Positions 41,803 to 52,361 of a stretch of DNA of 64,000 nucleotides are shown here, in pieces. The notes under the pieces are model-generated. The model searched no databases. It was not told the DNA's origin and saw only the letters and a program-made list of their open reading frames with translations. How positions within the stretch are numbered: position 1 is the first letter of the stretch; each line of letters starts with the position of its first letter. The position numbers and the translations under genes were made by a program. Source of the DNA: Synechococcus sp. (GTDB lineage: Bacteria; Cyanobacteriota; Cyanobacteriia; PCC-6307; Cyanobiaceae); the NCBI GenBank assembly GCA_047285535.1, contig JBJBDC010000001.1, positions 1,664,136 to 1,728,135 of the forward strand, in the 5' to 3' direction.

Positions 41803-41832
41803 AAAAAAGGGGGGCGGCAACCCCCTTTTTTT
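41803..41832. terminator. Bidirectional intrinsic terminator
   Basis: aaaaaagggggg-cggcaa-cccccc followed by a T-run. Confidence 0.8.
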
Positions 41833-41976
41833 GTGTGTATAGCTGGTGAGAGACCCCAACTCGGGAGGATCACAACCATGAGCTGGAGTCAGAAGATGCT
41901 GACTACAGCAGTCAAACGTGTCTGAAAATTGAAAGTTGGCTGCAAACTGATCCCGAAGAAACTCGGTTGGTTGTCC

Positions 41977-43062
41977 GTGACGCAAGCCCTCACCTCTCTA
42001 GCTCGCCTGACGCTGCGTCAGCTCCGCCAGATGGCCAGTGACTTGGGGGTGACCCTCTATAGCCGCAAGAGCAAAGAAGACCTTGTGAGTGCCATAGCGG
42101 ATCGCCAAGATCGCCTCGATAGAGACGCCAAGGCGATGGAAGCCGAGCATCACGCTCCCACGATTGCCGAGGCCTCAACACGCGTCGTTTTTCTGCCTAG
42201 AGACCCACAATGGGCCTACGTTTTTTGGGAGATATCCGAGGAAGATCGACGGCAAGCTCAATCAGAAGGCGCAGCATTCCTTTGCCTACGTCTCGCAGAT
42301 GTGACCGGCTTAGAGAGCGGCTCGTCCCATCCCCATACTCTTCAAGAAGTTCCGGTCGACAGCCACAGCACTGAATGGTATTTGCCCGTTCCCCTGTGTG
42401 ATCGCGACTATCGGGTTGAGCTGGGATACAAGTCAGAAAACAAATGGATCTCCCTTGCCTTTTCTTCGGTAGCCAGAGTGCCTGCTCTGCATCCCAGTGA
42501 TCAGATCCTTGATCAATTTGTGCCTTTCAGCCTCGAGGCAACCCCTGCAGTGACCCCAGTCGTGCCGACGACAGCACCTGGTCCGGAGCCCGATTCAACC
42601 GACAGCAAATTGCACGAGCGTCTCTATCAGAGTGCTACGACCCACTTCCGCAGTCGACGTGTTGGCTCTGAGATTCTTCATGAGAGTGACTCCCTGAGTT
42701 CTGGTCAGCGTGGTCTTAATGATTCGGGTGTTGGCCTTTGGGCCAGTGGACGTAACGAATCTGGACTTGGCGGAGTGGCTCCACGGCAACGTTCTTTCTG
42801 GCTTGTTGCCGATGCTGAATTAATCGTTTACGGCGCAACCGACCCTTCGGCACGCCTCACGATAGGCAAAGAGGATGTACCTCTTTCGAACGATGGCACG
42901 TTCCGCATTCAAGTGCCATTCCGCGATGGCGAGCAGGTTTACGCCATCGAAGCGACTGCTGCAGATGGCGAACAGAAACGGAACATTACGCTAAAGTTTG
43001 AGAGAGGAACACCAGAGGACAACAGCAACCCTGCCAGCGAAGCTCGCGCTGAGTGGTTCTAA
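41977..43062 (+). CDS. DUF4912 domain protein with Rho-N-like N-terminus
   Basis: LTLRQLRQMA..YSRKSKEDL; LPRDPQWAYVFW; FWLVADAELIVYGAT. Confidence 0.85.
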   Translation: MTQALTSLARLTLRQLRQMASDLGVTLYSRKSKEDLVSAIADRQDRLDRDAKAMEAEHHAPTIAEASTRVVFLPRDPQWAYVFWEISEEDRRQAQSEGAAFLCLRLADVTGLESGSSHPHTLQEVPVDSHSTEWYLPVPLCDRDYRVELGYKSENKWISLAFSSVARVPALHPSDQILDQFVPFSLEATPAVTPVVPTTAPGPEPDSTDSKLHERLYQSATTHFRSRRVGSEILHESDSLSSGQRGLNDSGVGLWASGRNESGLGGVAPRQRSFWLVADAELIVYGATDPSARLTIGKEDVPLSNDGTFRIQVPFRDGEQVYAIEATAADGEQKRNITLKFERGTPEDNSNPASEARAEWF

Positions 43063-43076
43063 CTCTGAACTCCTCA

Positions 43077-43247
43077 ATGTTGCGCTGGTTTGTTGCGATT
43101 ACACCCTTGGCAGGTGCGATCGCATTCCCCATCTTGGTACCGGTCACCATGGTCAAGGTTGGGATCGGGGCTGGTGTGGGCGTAGCTCTTGTTCTCAGCA
43201 CCCTTTGGTTTGTAGCCATGTTGCGGACATCAGAAATGCCTCACTGA
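43077..43247 (+). CDS. Small membrane protein
   Basis: MLRWFVAITPLAGA..LRTSEMPH, two TM helices. Confidence 0.65.
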   Translation: MLRWFVAITPLAGAIAFPILVPVTMVKVGIGAGVGVALVLSTLWFVAMLRTSEMPH

Positions 43248-43283
43248 GGGTGGAACCCTCAGTTAGAGGTAAGCACACTGCCT

Positions 43284-44708
43284 TTGAAGTCATCCCAGAA
43301 GCCCCTGTCTCTATGGGGCTATGTCGTCATCACCCTCCTCAGCATATTGGCTGGAGGGTGCAGCCAACCTGGTGCAGTTCTTGGTGATCCACCGGCAGAG
43401 CCGGCTTTACCGGCTGGGTTTGCAGTGGGCTTTAACCATCACTCAGGACATCGTTATCGCAGCCCGTTGAACGGTCAATGGAGAAATGGAGACGACCTTG
43501 AACAGATGCTGATCGAGGCCATCGAGTCCGCACAACAGGAAATTTTAGTGGCGGTTCAAGAACTCTCTCTGCCAGGCATCGCCCAGAGTCTTGTCGCGGC
43601 CTCCCAGCAAGGTGTGGAAGTCAAGGTGGTACTGGAAAATCACTACAGCAAGCCCTGGAGCCAACTCCACGACCTTGATCTGAACCGTCATGAACGCCAG
43701 CGACTCAAAAGCCTGAGAGCCCTGGCCGATCAAGATCAGAACGGTCTATTAAGCCCAGAGGAAGAACGGCAAAGCGATGCGTTGCTCATCCTTGAACAGG
43801 CCAATATCCCCTGGATTGATGACACCGAAGATGGCAGTCAAGGCAGCGGCCTGATGCATCACAAGTTTGTCGTGATCGACAGCAAGCGAGTGATCACCGG
43901 AAGCGCAAATTTCACCAGCTCAGGCCTGCATGGTGATGCTGGAGCAACACAAACCCGAGGAAATATCAACCATCTCCTCAGCATTCAAAGCTCAACGCTT
44001 GCGTCTTTATTCAGAGATGAATTTGCCCGGATGTGGGGAGATGGACCTGGAAGATCCAGCGACAGTCGCTTTGGACGAGGAAAAGACTCACAACCCCTGA
44101 AAACCATCAAGGTGGGCTCCGTCATCCTCCAAGTGCTTTTCCCCCCTCATTCCAAAACAACTCAAGGCCATGGTCTTGATATCATTGAAGATCAATTAAG
44201 CAGCGCGAACAAGACAATCGACCTGGCCTTATTTGTCTTTTCTGCGCAGCAACTCACGACCCAACTTGCAGAACGAATCGCAGCTGGAGTGAAGATACGC
44301 CTCCTTGCTGATCCTGGATTTGCCAGCCGCTCCTTTTCAGAAGTGCTTGATCTCCTTGGCGTCGCCCTGCCTGATCGCTTCTGCAAATTAGAGAAAGGCA
44401 ATCAACCATTAACCACTCCCATGAAGGGCATCGGCACCCCACGCCTCGCGCGCGGCGACAAGCTCCATCACAAGTTCGCCGTGATCGACAACAAAACCGT
44501 GATCACTGGATCCTTGAACTGGAGCCCGTCCGCTGCGCACACCAACGACGAAACCCTTTTAGTGATCCACTCACGCCAACTCGCCAAACATTTCACGCGT
44601 GAGATGGATCGGATGTGGCGGGGAGCGGAGCTGGGGATCACACCACGGATTCAGCGGAAACTCGACCACCAACGGATCCGCTGCGGCGCCGGGGTGGAGA
44701 GAATTTAA
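43284..44708 (+). CDS. Phospholipase D family protein (two HKD motifs; competence nuclease-like lipoprotein)
   Basis: HHKFVVID..GSAN and HHKFAVID..GSLN; lipobox AGGC. Confidence 0.88.
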   Translation: MKSSQKPLSLWGYVVITLLSILAGGCSQPGAVLGDPPAEPALPAGFAVGFNHHSGHRYRSPLNGQWRNGDDLEQMLIEAIESAQQEILVAVQELSLPGIAQSLVAASQQGVEVKVVLENHYSKPWSQLHDLDLNRHERQRLKSLRALADQDQNGLLSPEEERQSDALLILEQANIPWIDDTEDGSQGSGLMHHKFVVIDSKRVITGSANFTSSGLHGDAGATQTRGNINHLLSIQSSTLASLFRDEFARMWGDGPGRSSDSRFGRGKDSQPLKTIKVGSVILQVLFPPHSKTTQGHGLDIIEDQLSSANKTIDLALFVFSAQQLTTQLAERIAAGVKIRLLADPGFASRSFSEVLDLLGVALPDRFCKLEKGNQPLTTPMKGIGTPRLARGDKLHHKFAVIDNKTVITGSLNWSPSAAHTNDETLLVIHSRQLAKHFTREMDRMWRGAELGITPRIQRKLDHQRIRCGAGVERI

Positions 44709-45120
44709 GAGATGAGCAGAGTGACTTGTATTCTGGCTTGGGAGTTGTCAACTCTGTTTCACCTATATACAACGGATCACTGCTACTCCCGAAACATCGA
44801 CTGTTAGGCATCTGCAGAATCGCTACTCCATCCCTATTCACAACAACAATCTTGGGACAAAGGTATGACCCTTTACCTGATATCCAGAGATCTTGGCTCT
44901 GACAAACTTCTCTTCACGAAAAGCCGAATCAACATTACAGACATTGCAACAGAATCATGTATGAGGCAATTATTGAGACAGCCAATTAAACTCCAAAAAT
45001 TAATTAAAAAATTCAAATTTAACCGCGCAAACAATAAAAGTCACAAGGCCGCCTTGCAAGATGGAAATCAAATCATTATTAGCAATACATGAATATCACC
45101 TATAAAGAAAGAGCATCAGA

Positions 45121-46029
45121 TCAAACAATTCTCTCAAGAAGCTCCTTCGATTCTTCGAAAACCTTGAGCGCAGAATGTAGGCCTACATTGGTAGCATCAG
45201 TGAGTGTATCAATCATTTCGAAGGTGTCACTAACTGACTCAGCTGACGATGACACTTGATCAGCGATGTCGCTAAAAGAGCTTGCGAGCTCGTTTGCTGT
45301 CTCAATTAAATCAGAGATTTGCTCATCGTAACTTGAATTCATGGACTCTACTGCATTAGCAACGCTATCCTCCATCGCCCCCCCCAATTCCTCTAGACCA
45401 TCCTTTAAAAAGAGGCTAGTGTCTTCTGATTTAGAAGCAAACTCGGAAGACTGCTCAGCTATTAGTTCAATCTTACCGTCTTCAACGAGTTCCCCAAATA
45501 CAGAAGCTTCACCTTCAAGTTTGCTGGGAATATCAGACAACAAAGAGACAACCTTATCTGAAATTTCTCCAGTCAACTCGTTCGCACTCACGGTAGAATG
45601 ATCACTAAGATTGATATATCCTTCCAAGAGTGAAGCGTTGTTAGAGCTAATATCTTGCCATGATGACGCCTGATCAGATCTTATAGTTTGTATTAGTTCG
45701 CCGGATTCTTCAGCATGAGTTTTAGCTGCCTCAATTTGTTCAGCAAACGAGCTGCGAATATTCTCGAGTGTATCAAGAGTTTTTGAACAGTTTTCCCCGA
45801 AACCATCTAAGCGATTGGATATGTCATTTCCCAGCTCTTCAATTCTTTCTAAAGCAAGCCGGACAGAATCTTCAAGATCACTAAAACTAGAATTAAATCC
45901 CTCAAAGCTACCATCTGTGCTTTCTGAAATACTTTGGAGGTTGGCATCTAATTCGTCGATTTCCCTCAAGCAATCAGAAGACTTTTCGGCAAGCTCAATG
46001 GCAATAGTTTCAAATTCTGAATTTGACAT
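45121..46029 (-). CDS. Acidic all-helical (coiled-coil/apolipoprotein-like) protein D
   Basis: 302 aa, E/D/S-rich, regular hydrophobic periodicity, almost no Pro. Confidence 0.8.
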   Translation of the reverse strand: MSNSEFETIAIELAEKSSDCLREIDELDANLQSISESTDGSFEGFNSSFSDLEDSVRLALERIEELGNDISNRLDGFGENCSKTLDTLENIRSSFAEQIEAAKTHAEESGELIQTIRSDQASSWQDISSNNASLLEGYINLSDHSTVSANELTGEISDKVVSLLSDIPSKLEGEASVFGELVEDGKIELIAEQSSEFASKSEDTSLFLKDGLEELGGAMEDSVANAVESMNSSYDEQISDLIETANELASSFSDIADQVSSSAESVSDTFEMIDTLTDATNVGLHSALKVFEESKELLERIV

Positions 46030-46069
46030 GATAAAAATTGGACGAGAAGTTTAGACGATAGCCAAGAAG

Positions 46070-46981
46070 TTACTTAAACATACTTGGGAGGCTGTCATAA
46101 AGGCTAGTGACAGAATCAACAAGCGGCTCGAGCTCTCCAACGACCTCTTCTACAAGCCCGCGAATTACGTCAGATTCATCTTTTTTAGAGATCATGTCTG
46201 AACCAGCACGAGTTATCCCATCTGTAAGCGTATTTACGCATTCTTTGACAATCGAATCTATCTCCTCCGTGATTTTAGATTTGAAATCAGAAGAAATCTC
46301 TTCGAGTTTTTCCGACACTTTCTCGCTAGCAAGGTTGGTGAGAACATCAATAAATAACTCACTGCTACTTTCACCATCTGAATTAAAGAGGTCAAGAAAT
46401 GAGCTCACGTCATCAGCGACACCATTAATTGCATCGTCTAAAAGCTTATGAGATTGGTCAATCTGGCCTTGTGAAGCCTTAATCACTGCCTCAAAATGTC
46501 CGGATTGCTCATCCAAGTCAACCTTAACCTTTTGGAAGAGCTCGTTATAAGTATCAAAAGATTTTTGCAGATCAGAAGAGTGACTAACGGCAGAATCCCT
46601 ATTGTCAACAATTTCGCTCAACCGCTGTGTAAGGGATTCGTGCAATTGAGAGGCATCCTGCCTTATGGTATCAACTGAAACTTGGAGATCACTCGAGCTG
46701 CTTTCAATAAGACTATTAAGTTCATCAAAAGATGATTCTAATGAATCAATTAAATCCTTGGATTCATTAACTTTGGAGTCTATTTTAGACTCCATGTCCG
46801 CAGCCTTATCACGAAGAGAAGCAATAAGGGACTCAGCAAGATCCTTTTTGGCATCAATTTCATCTTGATATTCAGAAATCTTGTTTTGAATCGAGGCAAT
46901 AGTATTGGCTGATTCCTTAATCTGATTTGGAAGCTCTGAAGCAGCTTGGGTGATGGACTGAACTGATTGAGCGAGTGTCAT
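46070..46981 (-). CDS. Acidic all-helical protein C
   Basis: 303 aa, same composition as D. Confidence 0.8.
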   Translation of the reverse strand: MTLAQSVQSITQAASELPNQIKESANTIASIQNKISEYQDEIDAKKDLAESLIASLRDKAADMESKIDSKVNESKDLIDSLESSFDELNSLIESSSSDLQVSVDTIRQDASQLHESLTQRLSEIVDNRDSAVSHSSDLQKSFDTYNELFQKVKVDLDEQSGHFEAVIKASQGQIDQSHKLLDDAINGVADDVSSFLDLFNSDGESSSELFIDVLTNLASEKVSEKLEEISSDFKSKITEEIDSIVKECVNTLTDGITRAGSDMISKKDESDVIRGLVEEVVGELEPLVDSVTSLYDSLPSMFK

Positions 46982-47021
46982 GGGTCTATAGAATAATCAG
47001 GATCAATTGAAATTGGAGTAT

Positions 47022-48014
47022 TTAGCAGACAATATCAAGACCATCATTGATTGTTTCCAACACTTCTCCAACTGTTTTCATGGCAGGAAATATTGGTGCC
47101 ATGACTGCACTAACCGATGAGCCTGCTGCCATCGTGACCATCGTTGTTCCTAATTCTACTAATAGAGCGTCCAAAGTATTTTCCAACGCCTCTTGAAAGG
47201 AATCACGCAACTGCTGTTGGATATCATCGTTTAAGCCTGATACAGAATCACTAACAAATGTTGCAAAATTATCTATCATCTCTTCGCCAGCTGATGTACA
47301 AGACTCATCAAAATTGTTAAGCCCATCCTTAAGTTGAGTGGAAAGATTTAAAAGAGGTTCTTCAATCAGACTAGTTTGTTTGTCTGTTAAAGCAGCGATA
47401 GCCGTGTCATAAGCCGAGCCTGAAGAAGTTCTAAGTGAATCTAGAAAATCCTGGACAAACGCATCAAAATTTGATGATATTTTGTTCATCAGATTGATCA
47501 AATCATCGTTGGCTTCCGTGGCTGTTGAATGAATTACATTGACACCATCTGAGAGCAAAGAAATCGCTGACAAAGTATTTTCAATGGATACATTTGTCTC
47601 ATCTCGAAATTGCTCAATAATTGCAATGATTTCGTTAAACGAAGTGGTATATTCACTTTCTTGAGCACTTAACAAAGCCTGGGTATTAGATATTAAAGCT
47701 GTTGCATTGTCAAAATTATCGCTTAATTTAGACTTGCCAGCTTCAATCGACGTATCAAATCTCTCCATTGCTTGGTGAAAATTGCTGGATAGGGATTCAC
47801 TATCTGAATGAAATTTGGAGAGTGACTCGAGCAAGATATTATATTTGTCACGCAGGGCTTGATTTATGCCGTCCTGATTCGACTCTGTTTCATTCAGATC
47901 ATTTAAAGCACTTTCAAGCAAGTCATCAGAATTATCAAGTATAGCTCCAAGTTCATTCAGCTTTTGTGTAGAATCCTCAAGGTCTGATGCATATCCAGAA
48001 AGGTCAATAGTCAT
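47022..48014 (-). CDS. Acidic all-helical protein B with apolar C-terminal segment
   Basis: 330 aa; LGTTMVTMAAGSSVSAVMAPIFPAM near the C-terminus. Confidence 0.8.
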   Translation of the reverse strand: MTIDLSGYASDLEDSTQKLNELGAILDNSDDLLESALNDLNETESNQDGINQALRDKYNILLESLSKFHSDSESLSSNFHQAMERFDTSIEAGKSKLSDNFDNATALISNTQALLSAQESEYTTSFNEIIAIIEQFRDETNVSIENTLSAISLLSDGVNVIHSTATEANDDLINLMNKISSNFDAFVQDFLDSLRTSSGSAYDTAIAALTDKQTSLIEEPLLNLSTQLKDGLNNFDESCTSAGEEMIDNFATFVSDSVSGLNDDIQQQLRDSFQEALENTLDALLVELGTTMVTMAAGSSVSAVMAPIFPAMKTVGEVLETINDGLDIVC

Positions 48015-48052
48015 GATTTAGATCCTAAGTCCATTAAATTGTGAGTTAAAAA

Positions 48053-48928
48053 CTAGGCAATAAGTTCAATGACAGGCTTTATTTCATCGTAAATGTCTTG
48101 TACCTTTTCGGTAAATCCGAGAACTTCCTCAATCTTGGAAGTGTATTGCGCTATGTCATCAAGGCCAAGTTCTTTAAGTGTTTCAGTAGCTTCCTTCCAC
48201 GAAGAGCCACCTTCCGTGATTTGATTAACGATATCTAAGCCAATTATCGATTCAATAGTTGACAATTTTTCTTGATGAAGAGACTTAATACTATCAAGAA
48301 GGTCCTCGCTAAGCGATTTGGCTGCCTCCATCATTGAGGTAAGCTTTTGAGTTAACTCGTCTGTCCTCGTTGTCAAAAGGTTCTTAAGTCCCGATAGATT
48401 TTCGACCGATTCATCAAAACCAACCGTAGTTTTCTCAATTGTTGACACGATAGAAGTGTTAATGGTTTCTTTATCTTGATCCATTGTAGAAATAGTGTCA
48501 TTAAAACTACGCTCAAGCTCCTTGACGCGCTCAAGATAATCTGAGGAAGATGTAATAGCAATTTGAGATGCATTTTCAGTAGACTGGGAGCTAGTGGTCA
48601 TCACTTCGGAGTAAGCAGTTAGCTTAGAATTAATTCCTTCTTCGATAGATTCAATCTTTGCGGCAAAATCAGACAACCTTTCATCTAACTCAGTGATTTT
48701 GCTGTTTGTAGTAGCTCCTAGTGACTCTATTCGCTGCGCTAGTTGGTTGACTAATATTTGATTTTGGCTCATGCTTTCCTTTGCACTTTCTGTTGACTCA
48801 GTGATAATATCTAAAGCTGCATTCATGGTTATCTTATGCTCCTCAATTCCCTTAGAATAAGAGTCCATGCTATTATTAAGTTTCATCATCTTGTCCTGAG
48901 TTTGCTGGATCAATGCATCAAGGTCCAT
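48053..48928 (-). CDS. Acidic all-helical protein A
   Basis: 291 aa, S/T/E-rich helical periodicity. Confidence 0.8.
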   Translation of the reverse strand: MDLDALIQQTQDKMMKLNNSMDSYSKGIEEHKITMNAALDIITESTESAKESMSQNQILVNQLAQRIESLGATTNSKITELDERLSDFAAKIESIEEGINSKLTAYSEVMTTSSQSTENASQIAITSSSDYLERVKELERSFNDTISTMDQDKETINTSIVSTIEKTTVGFDESVENLSGLKNLLTTRTDELTQKLTSMMEAAKSLSEDLLDSIKSLHQEKLSTIESIIGLDIVNQITEGGSSWKEATETLKELGLDDIAQYTSKIEEVLGFTEKVQDIYDEIKPVIELIA

Positions 48929-49482
48929 AGCAAGAACAATTCATATTGAAACCATTAGCAACATCCACCAAGAAGGATGGCAGGCTTTATACTTCTTAAC
49001 CAAAGGCCAATTGCTCCTGTGGCCAATAAATATCAATCTAAGACACAAAAACCATTATCTTCATTAGCAGTGTCTCCTGAGGGCAGGAGTGCAATCACTA
49101 AGTATTGCTCAACGTTTAAAACTACAAAAAACAAATAAAGAGCCGCCAACTCGGAAGTTAAAGAATAAGCAACCGATTTGGGTTGAGATGGTTAAATTAG
49201 CCGATTTAATGCATGAAACCCAGTTGAGTTCAGTCTATTAATGATTTCGAGACTTGGCTTAGCTTGTTAACACCACCTCAGAACAAAAGTCGGATTCTCA
49301 CCCTTAAAGAACTATATGGATTGTTTTTTTCAGCAAGGACAAGCTGAAAATGGTTTGACGGCTGGTGTGTCGCTCTAAGGTACTTACTACCTAACATATC
49401 TGAAGAAAAGCTCAAAAAGCCGAGCTACCTAGCCTCAGTTATGCCTTTACAGGGTACCAATCATAATTAGTGCGAGTCGATA

Positions 49483-50304
49483 TCAATACAAAGGATTGGG
49501 ATCTCTGTGGTTGCGAACCGCGATCGCTAGTGACACATCATCACCACTACCTTCAGCAGAAATTTGTGCTAAACCAGTATGTATTTCGTTCATATCGTGA
49601 AGTTCCGCCACGCCAGCACAAAGCTGCAGGTAGTCGTCATCAGTGGCGCAGGATTTACGCACTCCATCTGTGCTGAGTATGAGTGCTTGTAGTGGATCGT
49701 AGGCATCTAGACGATGCAGCTGAGCTCGCCCTGACCAGCGATGTTGATCCATTGCACTGCAGAGACTTTCGGTCGCTTCACTAAGTTCCAGTTCAGATAT
49801 GGTTTCCTGGCTGAGAATGATAGATGCACCACTACGTTCAACCGCGGCAAGATCCCAATCGCCAACTCCCGTGGTTCCCCACCAACCCGGAGCAAGCAGC
49901 ACTAAGCCAATCGTGCATCCATACGTAAGAGACTTAAACGGTTGGTTCAACGGCGTGCGCTTTTGCCAGTCTGCTTCAATTACGTCTAGCCAAGATCTCT
50001 GTATAGCTTCAGGGAGATCAAGCTGAAGCAAACGTAGCCATCTCTCTACAGCAGTAAGAGGGGTCTGTTGCAAATGCTTAGCAACCACCTGCTGTGCAGT
50101 AGCACATGCCAATGCACTGCCTACATGGCTAAGCCAATAGCGGCTACCGCCGTGGCCGTCAGAAACAACCATCATTTGGAACTGGTCGACGCCAGCCTGG
50201 AGAGTGCAACAAAGTGAGGAATCTTGGCAGGGCTTACCCTGACGCTTGTGAGCAGAACCAATCACAGTGCATGCTCGAGTTTGTAACCATCCTGAACTCA
50301 CCAC
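49483..50304 (-). CDS. PP2C-like protein phosphatase (TerY-P type)
   Basis: VIGSAH..PCQD, VSDGHG, VGD, LSTDGV, GSGDDVS. Confidence 0.88.
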   Translation of the reverse strand: MVSSGWLQTRACTVIGSAHKRQGKPCQDSSLCCTLQAGVDQFQMMVVSDGHGGSRYWLSHVGSALACATAQQVVAKHLQQTPLTAVERWLRLLQLDLPEAIQRSWLDVIEADWQKRTPLNQPFKSLTYGCTIGLVLLAPGWWGTTGVGDWDLAAVERSGASIILSQETISELELSEATESLCSAMDQHRWSGRAQLHRLDAYDPLQALILSTDGVRKSCATDDDYLQLCAGVAELHDMNEIHTGLAQISAEGSGDDVSLAIAVRNHRDPNPLY

Positions 50305-51032
50305 ATTAAGGGGCCGACGTCATCGATCGATTTGTTGAGTTCTGGTGGCAGGTCTGGGAGCCGGATGTTGGCATCCGATTCTGGGCCGGCTGGCGACAAA
50401 CGTGTGGTTGGCATCGATGTAGCCCCCACCACACATGTCGAGGCCCACTGAAGGTATTGAGAGAGCGTAGTAGCGTTGCTCGCCTGCAACGGCCGGCGGC
50501 CTGAGCGCTCATCGCCAGCAGGTGCAGGTCCAATGAATTGCTGCAGCACTTCGAGGTCGGCATCGTGACCCATTGCGATCGCGAGGCGTACTGCTTTTTG
50601 AGCCCAAGGCAAGTGCATTAACTGAGAAAGTCCTGCTTCAAAGTCGTCGGTAGGTTGACCATCGGAAATCAAAACCAGCACCGGTGGTAAAGCCCGCTCA
50701 TCCATTGGCGGAGATTGCAAAACACTGGCTACCAGACCAAGGGCGGCGCCCATGGCCGTTGTACCACCCGCCTCAAGATCCTGCCATTGAAGATTCTGAA
50801 CCGGTGTGGCGTCTTCTAAATGCCAGGCTGCCTGATCTGCGAAACATACAACACGCACCAAAATTTTCGCTTCTGGGTTCTCATTTGCCACCTCAGACAT
50901 GGAAGGCAGTGATTGGCGGATTGCCTGATTCAATGCCTGCATTTTTCCCTGAGCCTCCATTGAACCGGAGCAGTCGCATATATAGATGAAATGTAATGGC
51001 CGACTGCTAAGGCGAACTTTAGGGAAAGGCAT
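50298..51032 (-). CDS. vWA domain protein (TerY-like)
   Basis: MIDAS DCSGSM, GGTTAMG, LISDGQPTD. Confidence 0.88.
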   Translation of the reverse strand: MPFPKVRLSSRPLHFIYICDCSGSMEAQGKMQALNQAIRQSLPSMSEVANENPEAKILVRVVCFADQAAWHLEDATPVQNLQWQDLEAGGTTAMGAALGLVASVLQSPPMDERALPPVLVLISDGQPTDDFEAGLSQLMHLPWAQKAVRLAIAMGHDADLEVLQQFIGPAPAGDERSGRRPLQASNATTLSQYLQWASTCVVGATSMPTTRLSPAGPESDANIRLPDLPPELNKSIDDVGPLMW

Positions 51033-51035
51033 GAT

Positions 51036-52361
51036 TTAAGGGCAAATTACCAAAACAGTTCCCATGTGACTATCAAGACGATGAGTAGAAGCGAGATTAG
51101 AGGTTTTTCCAGGCTCTAGTGAAATTTGTTGACCATTTATTAAGCTTACCTGCCAAGGATGGCGACTAAGATTTTTGAGGCCGAGCAAGCTGGGAACACT
51201 CGGATGTGGAACAATTACGGCAATAGGGTGATCAATAGTTTCTCCTGATAAGACATCAAAATGATGCGGATGCAATTCATTTCCAGCCGAAGCATAAACG
51301 ACTCCATGCGGCAACTTTAAAAGCGTTGGATTAGGCAATGATCCTCTACAACTCCAACAAATCATCTCTTCTTCAGCGTCACAGAAGACCTCCTGACCAC
51401 AGTGAGGGCACAATTGTCGTTGATCGAGGCACTGGGCTAAAGCCTGCTTCCACTGACCAGTTAATGAACGTTGTTCAGGTTGGCGCAGCCCAAGTGACAA
51501 GCTACGTTCAAACAACTTCTGAATAATGCGAGGATAAATAGGCCAGGTGATGAGAGCAGCAATATGTTCAATAGGATCAGGTCGATTGCTCGCATTAATG
51601 GGATCAAAGATAAAAAGTGCCTCTTCGGCATAAAGACACCGCCTGGCCGGTTCGTCTAAACAACGGATCTCTAGCTCGCGGGCACCACGAAAGGGATCAT
51701 GCCGTGTGAGCAAACGAAACAGAAGAACGGCTAACGAGAACAAATCACTACTGGCACCGGGAAGAGCTTTCCCCAAAAGAACCTCTGGCGCAATAAACCC
51801 GGGGGTACCTAAAATTGTGCCATGCCGCTGTCCATCAATATCAACATTGTCGTTGTCACAAATCAAAATCCGTCCGGTACTCGGCTCAAGAAATATATTT
51901 CCGAGAGAAATATCCTTGTAACAAAGTCCTTTCAGATGCAGCTGATGAAAAGCCTCTGCCAAGCGAAAGCAGGCCTTAAGGACATTCTGCAGACTGATTT
52001 CTAAATCACCAACAGCGTGCAAGTGGGATCCGACGAAGCTGGGAGGTCTCAACGGCATCAAATAACCAATTCCACAAAAATCATTATTCTGCGATTCCAA
52101 TGTTGCTAGTGGCCAAAGGAAATCAGCATTTGGTGAACCAAACCTAATGCTTTGGCGCAAGCGTGAATGCAATCCAGGGTCTCTAGCGATACAGCTGGGG
52201 AAATACCATTTCAAGGCAAGCAGTTGACCGCTGCTAGCCTTGTCTAATTCAACGACATAAACTTGACCTTGGCTTCCAGAACCTATTCCCTTTAATATAC
52301 GTAGTGGTGTGTCTAGACCCTTGAATTTTAAACATGGTCCTCGAGGCAACAACCAGGTCAT
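51036..52361 (-). CDS. Ser/Thr protein kinase (TerY-P type) with Zn ribbon
   Basis: IGSGSQGQVY, ALKWY, YKDISLGN, CDNDN, GTPGFIAPE, CPHC..CWSC. Confidence 0.9.
   Translation of the reverse strand: MTWLLPRGPCLKFKGLDTPLRILKGIGSGSQGQVYVVELDKASSGQLLALKWYFPSCIARDPGLHSRLRQSIRFGSPNADFLWPLATLESQNNDFCGIGYLMPLRPPSFVGSHLHAVGDLEISLQNVLKACFRLAEAFHQLHLKGLCYKDISLGNIFLEPSTGRILICDNDNVDIDGQRHGTILGTPGFIAPEVLLGKALPGASSDLFSLAVLLFRLLTRHDPFRGARELEIRCLDEPARRCLYAEEALFIFDPINASNRPDPIEHIAALITWPIYPRIIQKLFERSLSLGLRQPEQRSLTGQWKQALAQCLDQRQLCPHCGQEVFCDAEEEMICWSCRGSLPNPTLLKLPHGVVYASAGNELHPHHFDVLSGETIDHPIAVIVPHPSVPSLLGLKNLSRHPWQVSLINGQQISLEPGKTSNLASTHRLDSHMGTVLVICP

Noticed and set aside
43284..44708. PLD/HKD protein as nuclease effector of the adjacent island system
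   Set aside because: Core-like composition and context, opposite strand and a lipoprotein signal; it most likely just marks the island border.
45121..48928. Calling the helical quartet chemoreceptors, SMC fragments or tape-measure proteins
   Set aside because: No MCP hairpin signature, no ATPase motifs and no phage structural genes; the resemblance is compositional only.
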